Virus record (IMG/VR): IMGVR_UViG_3300028886_000031
Coordinates: 88,485-152,484 of that record
Strand: one strand, 5' to 3'
DNA from: a virus
Taxonomy: Duplodnaviria > Heunggongvirae > Uroviricota > Caudoviricetes
DNA: 64,000 nucleotides
Shown here piece by piece: positions 39,964 to 49,847 of the stretch (the first letter of the stretch is position 1; each line of letters begins with the position of its first letter). The position numbers and the translations under genes are program-made. Under the pieces are notes generated by a model. The model did no database searches and had not been told where the DNA came from. It saw only the letters and a program-made list of their open reading frames with translations.

Positions 39964-41727
39964 TTATCTTAAAAAATTATTTCCAATTAAGGACATTATA
40001 TCTATTGTGCTATTTCCTTCCAGCTGGTTATATCCAGTTGTAACGAGTTGGTTAAAATTATCCATTATAAAATTTTGAATCTGTTTATTTAACATTTCTT
40101 TAGCATCATGTTTTCTTAATTCTTCTTCCGTTCTATATGGATTTCTAACTAATGCCGATTGGTTAAAATTACCATTTGTTGTATCATTCCAGCCAATTAT
40201 TTCTAAACTATCTTCTATAGCTTCTTTATTTCCAAAAATAGATTTTAATCCAGTTGGTGGATCATATTGTCTAACATAGAAACAAAATGCTAAAGCCATG
40301 GAGAGGTCATCGTGTTCACCTTCATCTGCGGCAATCTTACCTTTTCCATCAGAAACAAGACCAATTAACTCAAGTATGGCTTTTCTAGATTTAATACAAG
40401 TTGGATCTTCTGTAACAGCAGTATAAAGTGCATCTACAATTAAAGGTCTATTTAATGGACTCGTATATATTCCATATCTATATTTTAAATTACCTCTATT
40501 TTTAACTTCTTTTGGAACAACTTTACTCTGATATAGGTTAAATTGACCTCCGAGTTTAGTTAGATATTCGCATACCTGATTTCCAAACGAGTTCGCTTCC
40601 GGAATAATTATAGAGTTTGGATATATTGTAGCAACTTTTGTAATTATTGGACAGAATTCATCTACTCTACCTTTAAAACTCAACTCTGCAACTTGTTCAC
40701 AGTCTATATAATCTATTACTTCTATAGTTGAACTATCTGATCCATATGCAGATGCTGTATCTACACCTATGAGATAACATCTGTCTGGAACTGGATCTTT
40801 CCATTGTGTTAATATGCCACCATCTAAGTTAAACTCTCTAAGTGGTTCTTTTTCGTTTGCTTGAAGCGCCTTAATTGTTTCAGCTGGAAGGAATGAATCA
40901 CCGCCTTGTATAAATTCACAGTTAAGTTCCTGTGCAATTCTCCATTCAACATTATTGAGAATTTCACATTGTGTTTTATACCAATCTGGGTCTTCAGCAA
41001 ATTCCTTAATCATATTCCATTTTAAGATAACTGGTTTGTAAATGGAATTTCCTGAATTTGCCTTTCTCCACATATCATAATAGAATTTACCCATTCCAGA
41101 TGTTTTATTTGGAGTAGAAATAATAAATGTAGCGTATGGGTTTCCACATTCTCTGGCACTTTTTTGTGCTTTAACAAGTGATGGACCACAAGATGTGAAC
41201 GCATCTGTAATTCCAGCAATAAACGCGGCTTCGTCTATAATTAGATTAGATAAGGATTTTCCTCTAAATACAGATGATGGATTTGCTGGGTTAACACCAG
41301 TAGAGAAACTTTGACAGCCGTTTTCCAAAATAAATGTCTGTTCTGTTCTTTTAACGTATTTAGGTCTCATCCATTCTGGAAGTTCATCTATCATATTAGT
41401 AACTTTTCTATTAAAGTCTGATGCTTCATCACCACTTCTAGAAAGAATTCCAGTAACAACGTTTTCGAAAAAGGTATTACACCATGTACAATAACATTGG
41501 GATAGACATGACATACCGACCTGACGGCTTTTAAGAGTCACTATATAGTGATCATTCACCATTGTTTTTATAGCAGTTTTCTGTGGTTCATAAAGTTGCA
41601 TAACTTCTGAACCTCCAGGAGTTGGTATTTTACAGTAGTTTTCTATAAAATAGATGATATCATTTTTACATTTTATCATCTCTTGAACTTGAAATAACTG
41701 CTGGTCAGATAGTCCGTTAATTCTCAT
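39964..41727 (-). CDS. terL: Terminase large subunit (T4 gp17-like)
   Basis: LYEPQ, Walker A LKSRQVGMS, Walker B LIIDEAAF, ISTPN, QELNCEF, nuclease GVDTA..GSDSS and HDDLSMAL. Confidence 0.95.
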   Translation of the reverse strand: MRINGLSDQQLFQVQEMIKCKNDIIYFIENYCKIPTPGGSEVMQLYEPQKTAIKTMVNDHYIVTLKSRQVGMSCLSQCYCTWCNTFFENVVTGILSRSGDEASDFNRKVTNMIDELPEWMRPKYVKRTEQTFILENGCQSFSTGVNPANPSSVFRGKSLSNLIIDEAAFIAGITDAFTSCGPSLVKAQKSARECGNPYATFIISTPNKTSGMGKFYYDMWRKANSGNSIYKPVILKWNMIKEFAEDPDWYKTQCEILNNVEWRIAQELNCEFIQGGDSFLPAETIKALQANEKEPLREFNLDGGILTQWKDPVPDRCYLIGVDTASAYGSDSSTIEVIDYIDCEQVAELSFKGRVDEFCPIITKVATIYPNSIIIPEANSFGNQVCEYLTKLGGQFNLYQSKVVPKEVKNRGNLKYRYGIYTSPLNRPLIVDALYTAVTEDPTCIKSRKAILELIGLVSDGKGKIAADEGEHDDLSMALAFCFYVRQYDPPTGLKSIFGNKEAIEDSLEIIGWNDTTNGNFNQSALVRNPYRTEEELRKHDAKEMLNKQIQNFIMDNFNQLVTTGYNQLEGNSTIDIMSLIGNNFLR

Positions 41728-41775
41728 GTTTCCGTTATTTAAATTTTTTAATTTATTTAAATAGAAAATATATTC

Positions 41776-41795
41776 TTTTTCCTATATATATTAAT
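41776..41795 (+). promoter_or_regulatory. Candidate early-class phage promoter
   Basis: tttttcctatatatattaat, matching 38894-38910. Confidence 0.45.
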
Positions 41796-41834
41796 ATATG
41801 GTAGAACACAAAAACTCAAGAAAGGAGTTCTATT

Positions 41835-42152
41835 ATGCCCGAGGAGTATACACTTCTATCATATAGACAAGAAGATAAATGTTTTTGTATTGAAGAAATT
41901 TTTAATTCTGAAAATATGATTAAGAAAATGAAGCGCTGTCAAGTTCTTGTTAAGGGAAACTGGAATGATAGAATAGATAAATTATCTGAAAGAATATATA
42001 ATGGAAGTATTATTTGTCTTTCCAGACGGGATTTTTATCCTGAAAAATCTATAATGCCCGTTATTAAGAAATATCATCTTTTAAACATAAATAATTCAAA
42101 CATATATACAGATTTTAATGAGGCTTTTAACGAATTTCTTAAGTGTGCTTAG
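41835..42152 (+). CDS. Hypothetical protein
   Basis: 105-aa ORF, AAGGAG RBS. Confidence 0.7.
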   Translation: MPEEYTLLSYRQEDKCFCIEEIFNSENMIKKMKRCQVLVKGNWNDRIDKLSERIYNGSIICLSRRDFYPEKSIMPVIKKYHLLNINNSNIYTDFNEAFNEFLKCA

Positions 42153-42166
42153 AAGGAGAAAAACAT

Positions 42167-42718
42167 ATGAGTTATGATTTTCGCTTATGTTATAAAAAAT
42201 CTAAAAAGACTGTTACAACAAAAGGTCTAGTATGTAATATTATTGGATATGGTGGCACAATCGCTGTAGATTGTAAAACAATGCAGCCATTAAAAATAAG
42301 TGAATTTGATTTCAACATGACATATAATTATTCTGGACTTCTATATAAGTATTTAGATGATGAAAAAGGTCTCAGATATCTTTATAATAATGATTTTATG
42401 AGATGTGTAAATGCGCTGGAAAATGCCATCTTAAAAATAAGAAGTGATTATGTTAATGTTTTAGACATGGATGTAGATGGAAGGGAACCAGATAAATTAA
42501 AATACAATGATTTTTTGCATTGTGATACATATGATATACCAGAGAAAAAGCCCACAATTACACAAATGGAGAAACAAAAGCCAATTCTAGATGATTATTG
42601 GGCATGTACTCCGAGAAATGTAATTAAGGCACTTCAGCATATACTAGATTGTTGTTATTGGGTTATGAATAAATATCCTAAAAAGACGTATATGAATTTT
42701 ACATTTGATGGTGATTAA
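42167..42718 (+). CDS. Conserved phage hypothetical protein (MSYD...NxTYN type)
   Basis: AAGGAG favours ATG 42167. Confidence 0.7.
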   Translation: MSYDFRLCYKKSKKTVTTKGLVCNIIGYGGTIAVDCKTMQPLKISEFDFNMTYNYSGLLYKYLDDEKGLRYLYNNDFMRCVNALENAILKIRSDYVNVLDMDVDGREPDKLKYNDFLHCDTYDIPEKKPTITQMEKQKPILDDYWACTPRNVIKALQHILDCCYWVMNKYPKKTYMNFTFDGD

Positions 42719-42723
42719 ACGAC

Positions 42724-43110
42724 ATGACATCTACAAAAAATACCACGGAAAATATAGTTTCTACAATTATTCCAGTTAATTTTACTCGTCCGAAATTAAG
42801 GGATAATATATATCTTCAAATAATATACAATGATACAGATAGTTCACCATTTATGGATGTTAAATATATCGAATGTGAATATAGAAAACGTGCTCGAAAT
42901 GGATATATTGTTATGCCTATAAAAAATAGAAATAATTTTATAAAAGTAAATAGAGATTGTTTGGATAAAATATTAATTAGACCAAGTGAAAAGGTTTCGG
43001 ATACAATCATATTCGAAGGTCTTTTTAGTTCTAAATTGAAAGCTATTAGAGAATTTGAAAAATGGAGAGAATGTATAGGAAGATATACAGAAACTCTAAG
43101 GATGGAATAG
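42724..43110 (+). CDS. Hypothetical protein
   Basis: 128-aa ORF in operon. Confidence 0.65.
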   Translation: MTSTKNTTENIVSTIIPVNFTRPKLRDNIYLQIIYNDTDSSPFMDVKYIECEYRKRARNGYIVMPIKNRNNFIKVNRDCLDKILIRPSEKVSDTIIFEGLFSSKLKAIREFEKWRECIGRYTETLRME

Positions 43111-43111
43111 T

Positions 43112-43282
43112 ATGCAGAGAGTACACAAAGAAGAGAAAGTAAAGAAACAAGATTGCAAATTATGTGACATGAGTGGTATATGTAATGCTGAACATAATAT
43201 TCAACCATATCAATGTCCAAAAGGGACACAGCTATGGGTGAAACTCCATAGTAAATCTGTATCTCCATGGTTAAATAAGTAA
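43112..43282 (+). CDS. 56-aa Cys-containing small protein (MQRVHKEEK...CKLC...PWLNK)
   Basis: Manual translation; fills gap; CxxC-x4-C-x10-C. Confidence 0.55.
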   Translation: MQRVHKEEKVKKQDCKLCDMSGICNAEHNIQPYQCPKGTQLWVKLHSKSVSPWLNK

Positions 43283-43287
43283 CTTAT

Positions 43288-43572
43288 ATGAAGAAATATT
43301 CTAAGACATCCAAGTCTAAGAATATTAAGAGACATTTTCAGAAACGGTGTGTCGAAAGACTCGGTTTCCCTATAAGCTCTAAAGATCTTGTAAAACAAAT
43401 CCAGTCTAATAAATTGGATTTCGTAAAAAAGATGAGCAACACAAGATCGATGTTTCTATATCAGTGTCCTATCGATAACACTAACTACAATGTCGTCTAT
43501 GACAAGCTTAGACATGATGTTGTCACTATCTACAGATCTAGAAAACAGAAAAGATTGGAGGTAAAAGTATGA
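43288..43572 (+). CDS. Small basic protein, possibly RelE/DUF4258-like RNase fold
   Basis: HFQKRCVERLG near N-terminus and VVYD....VVTIY near C-terminus. Confidence 0.5.
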   Translation: MKKYSKTSKSKNIKRHFQKRCVERLGFPISSKDLVKQIQSNKLDFVKKMSNTRSMFLYQCPIDNTNYNVVYDKLRHDVVTIYRSRKQKRLEVKV

Positions 43573-43727
43573 GTGATACAACAAAAATAGAAATAGATAC
43601 TCCTTGTGGTATCAATGAGATAGAGAATGCCGTAACAACAATCTCACATGCTGGAGGCTGTATGGATTGTGCTGTCCATGCAGAAGAAAACAAAATAGTT
43701 TTTCTATATAAGGCACATAAGCATTAA
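43569..43727 (+). CDS. 52-aa small protein (MSDTTKIEIDTPCG...KAHKH)
   Basis: ATGA overlap, GGAGG RBS, ends just before terminator. Confidence 0.65.
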   Translation: MSDTTKIEIDTPCGINEIENAVTTISHAGGCMDCAVHAEENKIVFLYKAHKH

Positions 43728-43732
43728 TCTTT

Positions 43733-43775
43733 TTCCGATTCGGGCTGTTAATTCCTAGTTCAGCCCGAATCGGAA
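43733..43775. terminator. Terminator hairpin between convergent genes
   Basis: ttccgattcgggctg / cagcccgaatcggaa perfect 15-bp GC-rich stem. Confidence 0.8.
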
Positions 43776-43781
43776 TTATCT

Positions 43782-44930
43782 TTATATATAATATCTAAGA
43801 TATAAAGCTAGATAATATGCTATAAAGTTTCTACCAACGGCTTTAGATTGGATTGTTAATTTGCTATACCAATCTTGAATATTCAATTCTTCGATAACTT
43901 TAAGTTGAATTTCGTCAATTATTTTTTTGAAATATAAAACTTGTTTTGTTGTCTTTATACTCATTAATTGACGTACATATTCCAAGAACTTATTTGTTTT
44001 TAATATAGAATAATCTTTCACATCTCTAAGAAGAAGGAAATATGCCTTATTTAAATCTTCTTTCATGGAAGGTTGCATTAGGCATTCAACATATCTCTTA
44101 CTTAGATTCTTATTAAATTTTGTTAACTGAACAGCCATATCATAGAACATATTGTTTTTTCTTCGATAAATGCACAAATCATCTGTAATTCTGTTGATAA
44201 ACTCTCTGAGTTTTGTTTCTTGTGCTCTATCAAACTGTTCTTCGTCTTTTGTTTGGTTAGAAGATTTATTTTTATAAATATCATAATACTTATTCATGAA
44301 AGAACGAATAGATTGTTTAATTCTGTTCTTTAATGAATATATCATGTTAAAGATTTGATTACTGTTATCTTCTTCAATATCTCTCTTATATCTATTAAAA
44401 ATATAAGTCGAGAAATATATAATGGATGCCGAAATTGTTCCTTTAGATTTAAATATATGGTTTCTAGATAGACTTTCTAATGCTGTATTAAATATATCAG
44501 GAATACATAAACTTTGTCTGTTTCCACCACTTTTTGGAGTTGTAAAATTTCTAAAAGTATTTGTATATGTTCTCAAACTAAAAAGATGAAATGCCATTTG
44601 AGCACCAGGAACAGAATTATATTTTAAAAATTCTTGTGTTAGAAGTATTAACAATGTGGTATATGGATCGTGTACAATCTTAAACTGAGCTCTCTGTTCT
44701 CCATATTTCTGATGACTGTATTCTATCAGTTTCTTTTCATCTGTATTGCACATATGTAAAAGATCTTGATATATTGTCGAAATTTTTGGATAATAGCAAG
44801 GTTCACTAAGACTGCTTAACTCTTGTGCAACAAATTTCATTATATAATTATATGTCTGTTGAAGATTTATAACAGCTATAATTGATTGTTCTGTTAAACT
44901 TTTAATAATAATACTTTTTGGTAAAATCAT
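43782..44930 (-). CDS. Hypothetical helical protein
   Basis: 382-aa ORF, AAGGA RBS, directly downstream of baseplate wedge gene. Confidence 0.75.
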   Translation of the reverse strand: MILPKSIIIKSLTEQSIIAVINLQQTYNYIMKFVAQELSSLSEPCYYPKISTIYQDLLHMCNTDEKKLIEYSHQKYGEQRAQFKIVHDPYTTLLILLTQEFLKYNSVPGAQMAFHLFSLRTYTNTFRNFTTPKSGGNRQSLCIPDIFNTALESLSRNHIFKSKGTISASIIYFSTYIFNRYKRDIEEDNSNQIFNMIYSLKNRIKQSIRSFMNKYYDIYKNKSSNQTKDEEQFDRAQETKLREFINRITDDLCIYRRKNNMFYDMAVQLTKFNKNLSKRYVECLMQPSMKEDLNKAYFLLLRDVKDYSILKTNKFLEYVRQLMSIKTTKQVLYFKKIIDEIQLKVIEELNIQDWYSKLTIQSKAVGRNFIAYYLALYLRYYI

Positions 44931-44937
44931 AGTTTCC

Positions 44938-47900
44938 TTACTTTCTAACTATTTCAACGCTAATGGATGTATCTTTATAATCTGTAACAGTACCAGTCAA
45001 TGTTCTAAATCCTGTATATTGAGGTGTGAAGTTTAGAAGTTGTTCTTGTGTTAGATCGTTTATTTCATAATCAAACTTAATATCGAATTGTGGATCCAGT
45101 ACCTCTACGTACTGAACACCATCAATAGATCTACAAACTCTTGTAATTTCTGATCTATCTATTTCTCTTTGTAGACCCATCTTTGTTTCATCATTATAAT
45201 ACTCACTCAATACAGTTATTACTTGTTCCTTAAGTGCATCATCGGACATTGAGACTTTATCTTCGTCTACTTGAATTCTAAGAGATAACTTCATAGGAAT
45301 TGTATATTGTTCTACTGGCATCCATTCATGACCAGTCCAATAACAAGTTTGCATATTTCCTTCGAAGTCCAGTTCGTCCTTAATTTTAATGCAGTCACCA
45401 ATCTTTGGAGTGATTAACGTATATGTGTATCTCACTCCGGTTCCTTCCATTGTCGGAATTCTTAATACAATATATCCAAAGTACTCAGAAACTGGAGTTG
45501 TTCCCATAGAATCTAATCTTCCATTGGCGATGTAATATATAGGAGTTTCTAGAATATCAGGTTCTTTATACTCTGGGTTTTCTCTTGTATTTACATTTAA
45601 TGGGAATGATGTTGTTCCTTGCTGGTCTTTCCACCAAGGTGTATGATTATATCTAGATTCTACCACATATAATGGAGTATTATACATAAGATTCTTCATA
45701 GAAGCATAAGTGTCAGCAAATTTAACATTCGTAAAGTCTGTCATCATTCTAGCACTACTGAAATTAATGTTTTCTAGAAGTTTTTGAAGAACAGATAATT
45801 CAAAATCTGAATTCTTTTTATTCATTACATTATTATAATACATTTGATAAATTGATGGAACTTCATGAACATGGTAAACATCAACTGGTTCTATAGTGCC
45901 ATCTTCTAACATTTCTTGTATCTGTTCTTGAGAATAAGCGTATGCATCAAATCTACTTCCCGTGGCAGCAAACTTATATTGTGCAACTCCTCTATAATAG
46001 TTATCTATTGTAATGGAGGATTGCATGTAATTACTCAGATCTTGTGTAATAATAACATCTGAATAATATGTTTTCATTATTTTCCATTCCATTACTATTG
46101 GATCTGTTGAATCTGCACCTTCAGCATCATAATAATGTCCCTGTGGATCAACTGCTCTAACAATATTACAATCATGTTTGGCATAAATAAATCCATCGGC
46201 ATCTGTTTTTGGTGCATAACAAAGAATCTGGAATTCGTATCTCTGTTTCCCTTGTGGAACAAGAGTATAAGAAGGTATCATAAACTGAAAAGCCTGATAA
46301 GTCTTTTTAGAGAAAGTATATCCAGTTTCAGAATCCTTTTCAGTTTCTACATCAGATACAATTTCCTTATATCCTGGAGTTAATTCTGTATAATCATCAA
46401 ATTCACCCCATTTTGTTGTCATAACAGCTTTAAAGTGTATTATTTCAAAATTATTAACTGTTTGAGTATTAGCATTATTATAATCTGTAAATCTTTGGCA
46501 TAAATCCTCTACAAGCCACACATAATTAATATCAATTCTATTTTTTCCTGGATCTATAAGAACTCTATTTGGAATATGCTCCATATTTAATGTAACAATA
46601 ACAGGATATCTTCCATTAATTGCTGCAGCTGTATCAAAATCTATACTAAAGTCTGTAGTTCTAGCATTAATATATGCTGCTTGATTTAATGTATCATATA
46701 CAGATTGTGTATATAATTCAGAAGCAACACCTTGTACATTAGTACATGTGTAATCAAATGCTGCCATCCTTGTATTTTGATTTAAGGTCATATTAAATAC
46801 CGTAGCAAATGGCAACTGCTCTGGACCAACAGGAAATATAGAGTTTTTGTTAATTGTATATTCGTAATTTGAGAAATTTGGTTCTATTAAGTCTATCTGA
46901 ATATTTCTCGTTGGAACTATTTCGTTAACAGAATTATTTAAATAATTTAATATAAAGTATAGAGTGATATCATTAACTCTAATATCACTTCTTTTGAGAA
47001 TAGGTACGCAATCAGACAATGTTGTATTTTGTATTACAGCTGTAATGTTATTATAGTCATCTTCTGTAACAAGTCTTTTTCTTGCTTTTAAGTTAACTAT
47101 TGCGTTATTTTTTAACTCTGATGTAGTTAGAATATCTTTTCCACCGTATGCTGCATTATTGTTTGTACAGCTATATGCAACATTTGCCATTGTATTAGCA
47201 TCTACCTTAAAACTGAGTTCATCACCTTCCTTAATAACGTTATCAATAACGTTACCATCTGCACCTCTTGTTAATTTTAAAACAACTACGACAAAAGATC
47301 CAGGAGTTGGTTGCTTACCAAGAACACCATTTCCGAAAGATAGTATTCCTCTATTGTAATATCCGACCCAATCGTATTGTTTTGCTGTTGCTGATATTGT
47401 ATAGATACCATTAATACATTCTGTCCATTGTGTAAAAGAACATAATTTTCCGGATGAGTCTATTATTGGTTCACTTGGATCAAAGTTTTCTACCTTCTGA
47501 ATATCATCAGCTTGTGAACTATTTAAAACCAAAGTCTGACCATCTGTAGGTTCACATATCCAAACCTGAAGATCTGCAACCTGACCTGTAAATGCTAGGT
47601 TCTTATGATAAAATTGGTTAATCTGTAATGTTTCTGGAATATTAAAAGTTTGGACTTGATACTCACATTGTTCGAATTCTAGTGAGAATGCACAATACGA
47701 TTTGTCTTCTGCTAGAAATACAGGAGTATAGAATCCATTATAGTCTCTTACTGTAATAGCTGAATTGTTAATAATTTGACCTTTAGATGAGTATGTAAGT
47801 TTTTGTTTACTCATACTAAAGACCGCTGATGTTGTAGCAGAACCAAATAAATTATTATTGCTTTTAATTGTATATGGTATCTCACCGGCACGGCATTGGA

Positions 47901-48303
47901 AATATTTTCCGAATTGGAAATTAACAGCATCCAAAGAAAATTTCAATGGTACAACAAACATTATCTTTACTGTAGCACATACTGCTTTAGGAATTGTATA
48001 TCCAATCCATTTTGCAAGATTTTGAACGGACTCGTTCATTACAGCAGTGACAATAAAGAACTCATTGTAAATCTTTGATTGATAATATATTTGGTTACTG
48101 CTTAAAATACTTAACATGTCTATTAGATAAGCTAGATAACTCGCTTTACTAATATCACTGGAATTGGACATGTTAAGATATCTCTTAGCCAGATTAATCA
48201 AATCCGATCTAATTTTCTCACGAGATCCATAAATGTTTAATCCATTATCAATAATTTGATTTAGACGGACATTGTCATCTTTAGTAGTTGTTGTATCAGC
48301 CAT
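44938..48303 (-). CDS. Baseplate wedge subunit (T4 gp6-like)
   Basis: LIDMLS..YNEFFIVTA..ESVQNLAKWIGY; FGNGVLGKQP..TRGADGN; GGKD..RLVTEDDY; ATG 48303 preferred to TTG 48315. Confidence 0.85.
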   Translation of the reverse strand: MADTTTTKDDNVRLNQIIDNGLNIYGSREKIRSDLINLAKRYLNMSNSSDISKASYLAYLIDMLSILSSNQIYYQSKIYNEFFIVTAVMNESVQNLAKWIGYTIPKAVCATVKIMFVVPLKFSLDAVNFQFGKYFQCRAGEIPYTIKSNNNLFGSATTSAVFSMSKQKLTYSSKGQIINNSAITVRDYNGFYTPVFLAEDKSYCAFSLEFEQCEYQVQTFNIPETLQINQFYHKNLAFTGQVADLQVWICEPTDGQTLVLNSSQADDIQKVENFDPSEPIIDSSGKLCSFTQWTECINGIYTISATAKQYDWVGYYNRGILSFGNGVLGKQPTPGSFVVVVLKLTRGADGNVIDNVIKEGDELSFKVDANTMANVAYSCTNNNAAYGGKDILTTSELKNNAIVNLKARKRLVTEDDYNNITAVIQNTTLSDCVPILKRSDIRVNDITLYFILNYLNNSVNEIVPTRNIQIDLIEPNFSNYEYTINKNSIFPVGPEQLPFATVFNMTLNQNTRMAAFDYTCTNVQGVASELYTQSVYDTLNQAAYINARTTDFSIDFDTAAAINGRYPVIVTLNMEHIPNRVLIDPGKNRIDINYVWLVEDLCQRFTDYNNANTQTVNNFEIIHFKAVMTTKWGEFDDYTELTPGYKEIVSDVETEKDSETGYTFSKKTYQAFQFMIPSYTLVPQGKQRYEFQILCYAPKTDADGFIYAKHDCNIVRAVDPQGHYYDAEGADSTDPIVMEWKIMKTYYSDVIITQDLSNYMQSSITIDNYYRGVAQYKFAATGSRFDAYAYSQEQIQEMLEDGTIEPVDVYHVHEVPSIYQMYYNNVMNKKNSDFELSVLQKLLENINFSSARMMTDFTNVKFADTYASMKNLMYNTPLYVVESRYNHTPWWKDQQGTTSFPLNVNTRENPEYKEPDILETPIYYIANGRLDSMGTTPVSEYFGYIVLRIPTMEGTGVRYTYTLITPKIGDCIKIKDELDFEGNMQTCYWTGHEWMPVEQYTIPMKLSLRIQVDEDKVSMSDDALKEQVITVLSEYYNDETKMGLQREIDRSEITRVCRSIDGVQYVEVLDPQFDIKFDYEINDLTQEQLLNFTPQYTGFRTLTGTVTDYKDTSISVEIVRK

Positions 48304-48363
48304 AAAAAAGTCCAAAATTTATAATTTATTCGTGACCTTTAACTTTAACATTTTAAGTAAAGT

Positions 48364-49059
48364 CTATTTTATTTCTTTTAAATTTACTGTTTCCATATAT
48401 AAGCCAGTATTTCTGTCATAAAACGAATTGCAATGATTTTTCTTTCTTTCAGATAATAGTGTATTTAAGGTAATACTATCATCTATTCCATAAATTTTCT
48501 TTTCGTAATCATTATAATGGAAAAGACCATTAATTTGTTTGTCAATATCGATTTGTGATATATAAGAAATCTTAATTGTGATCTTATAAAATGTAGAATC
48601 AAAATCAGGTGATCTTTCTACATTTACAACTTCAAATAAAGGTGGTCTTCTTAAATAATAATTATCAGAATCTTGTGTATCTGAAAACAATAAAAAGTCA
48701 TGCACGTGACATTCTATTTCGAGAGAACTTGGAAGCCAGCATGTTGTAATTTTCTCTGAGTTTGTCACACCTTTTTCGTCCGTCATTGGAGTTGTAGAAA
48801 GAGCTTCAACATTATTAAGAGGGATATCTAAATATTTTCTCCATCTATATCCACTTAATTTTCCAATCATTTCATAAGAACCATTTACCAATTTGTCTAT
48901 ATCTTGTACATTGTTTTCTAAATCAAGAGAATAATATGTACAATGTATAGCTGTATAATTCCAGTTGGAATAATATCGAGTTAGAAGTTTAAAATATTCG
49001 TTGACGAATTCAAAATTATTTGTAAATTTTTGTTGATTACCTATAAATATGCTATTCAT
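48364..49059 (-). CDS. Putative virion structural protein
   Basis: 231-aa ORF coupled (TAATG) to the gp25-like gene. Confidence 0.6.
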   Translation of the reverse strand: MNSIFIGNQQKFTNNFEFVNEYFKLLTRYYSNWNYTAIHCTYYSLDLENNVQDIDKLVNGSYEMIGKLSGYRWRKYLDIPLNNVEALSTTPMTDEKGVTNSEKITTCWLPSSLEIECHVHDFLLFSDTQDSDNYYLRRPPLFEVVNVERSPDFDSTFYKITIKISYISQIDIDKQINGLFHYNDYEKKIYGIDDSITLNTLLSERKKNHCNSFYDRNTGLYMETVNLKEIK

Positions 49060-49529
49060 TAGAACTGAAAATCTCCATATACTGGATCATCGTCGCTATC
49101 GTACATTGTTTTACCATATTCTTGCATAAACAGACTCAATTTTGTTCTGTTTTCATCTTCTAGAACATAGAGCATAACATCTACTGTGCAACTTTTGTTC
49201 TTTTCTCTCCAGTCTATGCTTACAGAATCTACACGAACTCCATCTATGTATTTTTCTATTCTGTCGGAAACTTCGTAATATATCTGTTCTTCTGTGGCAT
49301 CTGTCATGAGTTCGAATAATTGTTTATATAGAAGTGAGCCGTATTCTGGATCAAATGGATAAGAACCGAGAGGAGTCATAAGAAGATTTCTAACTTGTGC
49401 TATAATAGCATCTTTTCCTTCAACGACTTTAAAGTCTCCATTAGCATCTATAATTGGAACAATATCTCTAATCAAATCAGCCGTTCCAACTTCTTTTGTC
49501 TCAAATTTTTTTTCTAAATTATTATCCAT
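49059..49529 (-). CDS. Baseplate wedge / sheath initiator (T4 gp25-like)
   Basis: AIIAQVRNLLMTPLGSYPFDPEYGSLLYKQLFE. Confidence 0.9.
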   Translation of the reverse strand: MDNNLEKKFETKEVGTADLIRDIVPIIDANGDFKVVEGKDAIIAQVRNLLMTPLGSYPFDPEYGSLLYKQLFELMTDATEEQIYYEVSDRIEKYIDGVRVDSVSIDWREKNKSCTVDVMLYVLEDENRTKLSLFMQEYGKTMYDSDDDPVYGDFQF

Positions 49530-49569
49530 GGTAAAAAAAGTTTTTTTAATTTATTAAAAAATCGAGTAT

Positions 49570-49605
49570 TTATAGAACCACATAAGAAATTATGTGGTTC
49601 TATAA
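49570..49605 (-). terminator. Perfect 16-bp hairpin after the gp51-like frame
   Basis: ttatagaaccacataa-gaaa-ttatgtggttctataa. Confidence 0.7.
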
Positions 49606-49610
49606 TTCAA

Positions 49611-49847
49611 CTAATGTTTTTTCGCACGTCTCTGGGACTTAAGATCTTCGAGAGCTTTTTGTTTAGCTTTTTCTACATCTTGGTCATACTTAACCTTCCA
49701 ATCAATATATTTTCCTATAGTATCTACAGGCATCTGTATAATGTCTATATAAGACATTCCAGACATCTGCATTGTAAAGAAAATATTTTCTTGAGTAATT
49801 TTTAGATACTCTTTGATTGCCTTTTCATTAGTACAATGCGAGAAAAA
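49611..49847 (-). CDS. gp51/GT-like chaperone C-terminal frame, probably reached by +1 frameshift (first ATG at 49772)
   Basis: FFSHCTNEKAIKEYLKITQENIFFTMQMSGMSYIDIIQMPVDTIGKYIDWKVK...RRAKKH; absent from the ORF track. Confidence 0.65.
   Translation of the reverse strand, partial: FFSHCTNEKAIKEYLKITQENIFFTMQMSGMSYIDIIQMPVDTIGKYIDWKVKYDQDVEKAKQKALEDLKSQRRAKKH

Noticed and set aside
49614-49805. + strand 63-aa ORF in the track
   Set aside because: Antisense to the better supported gp51-like frame
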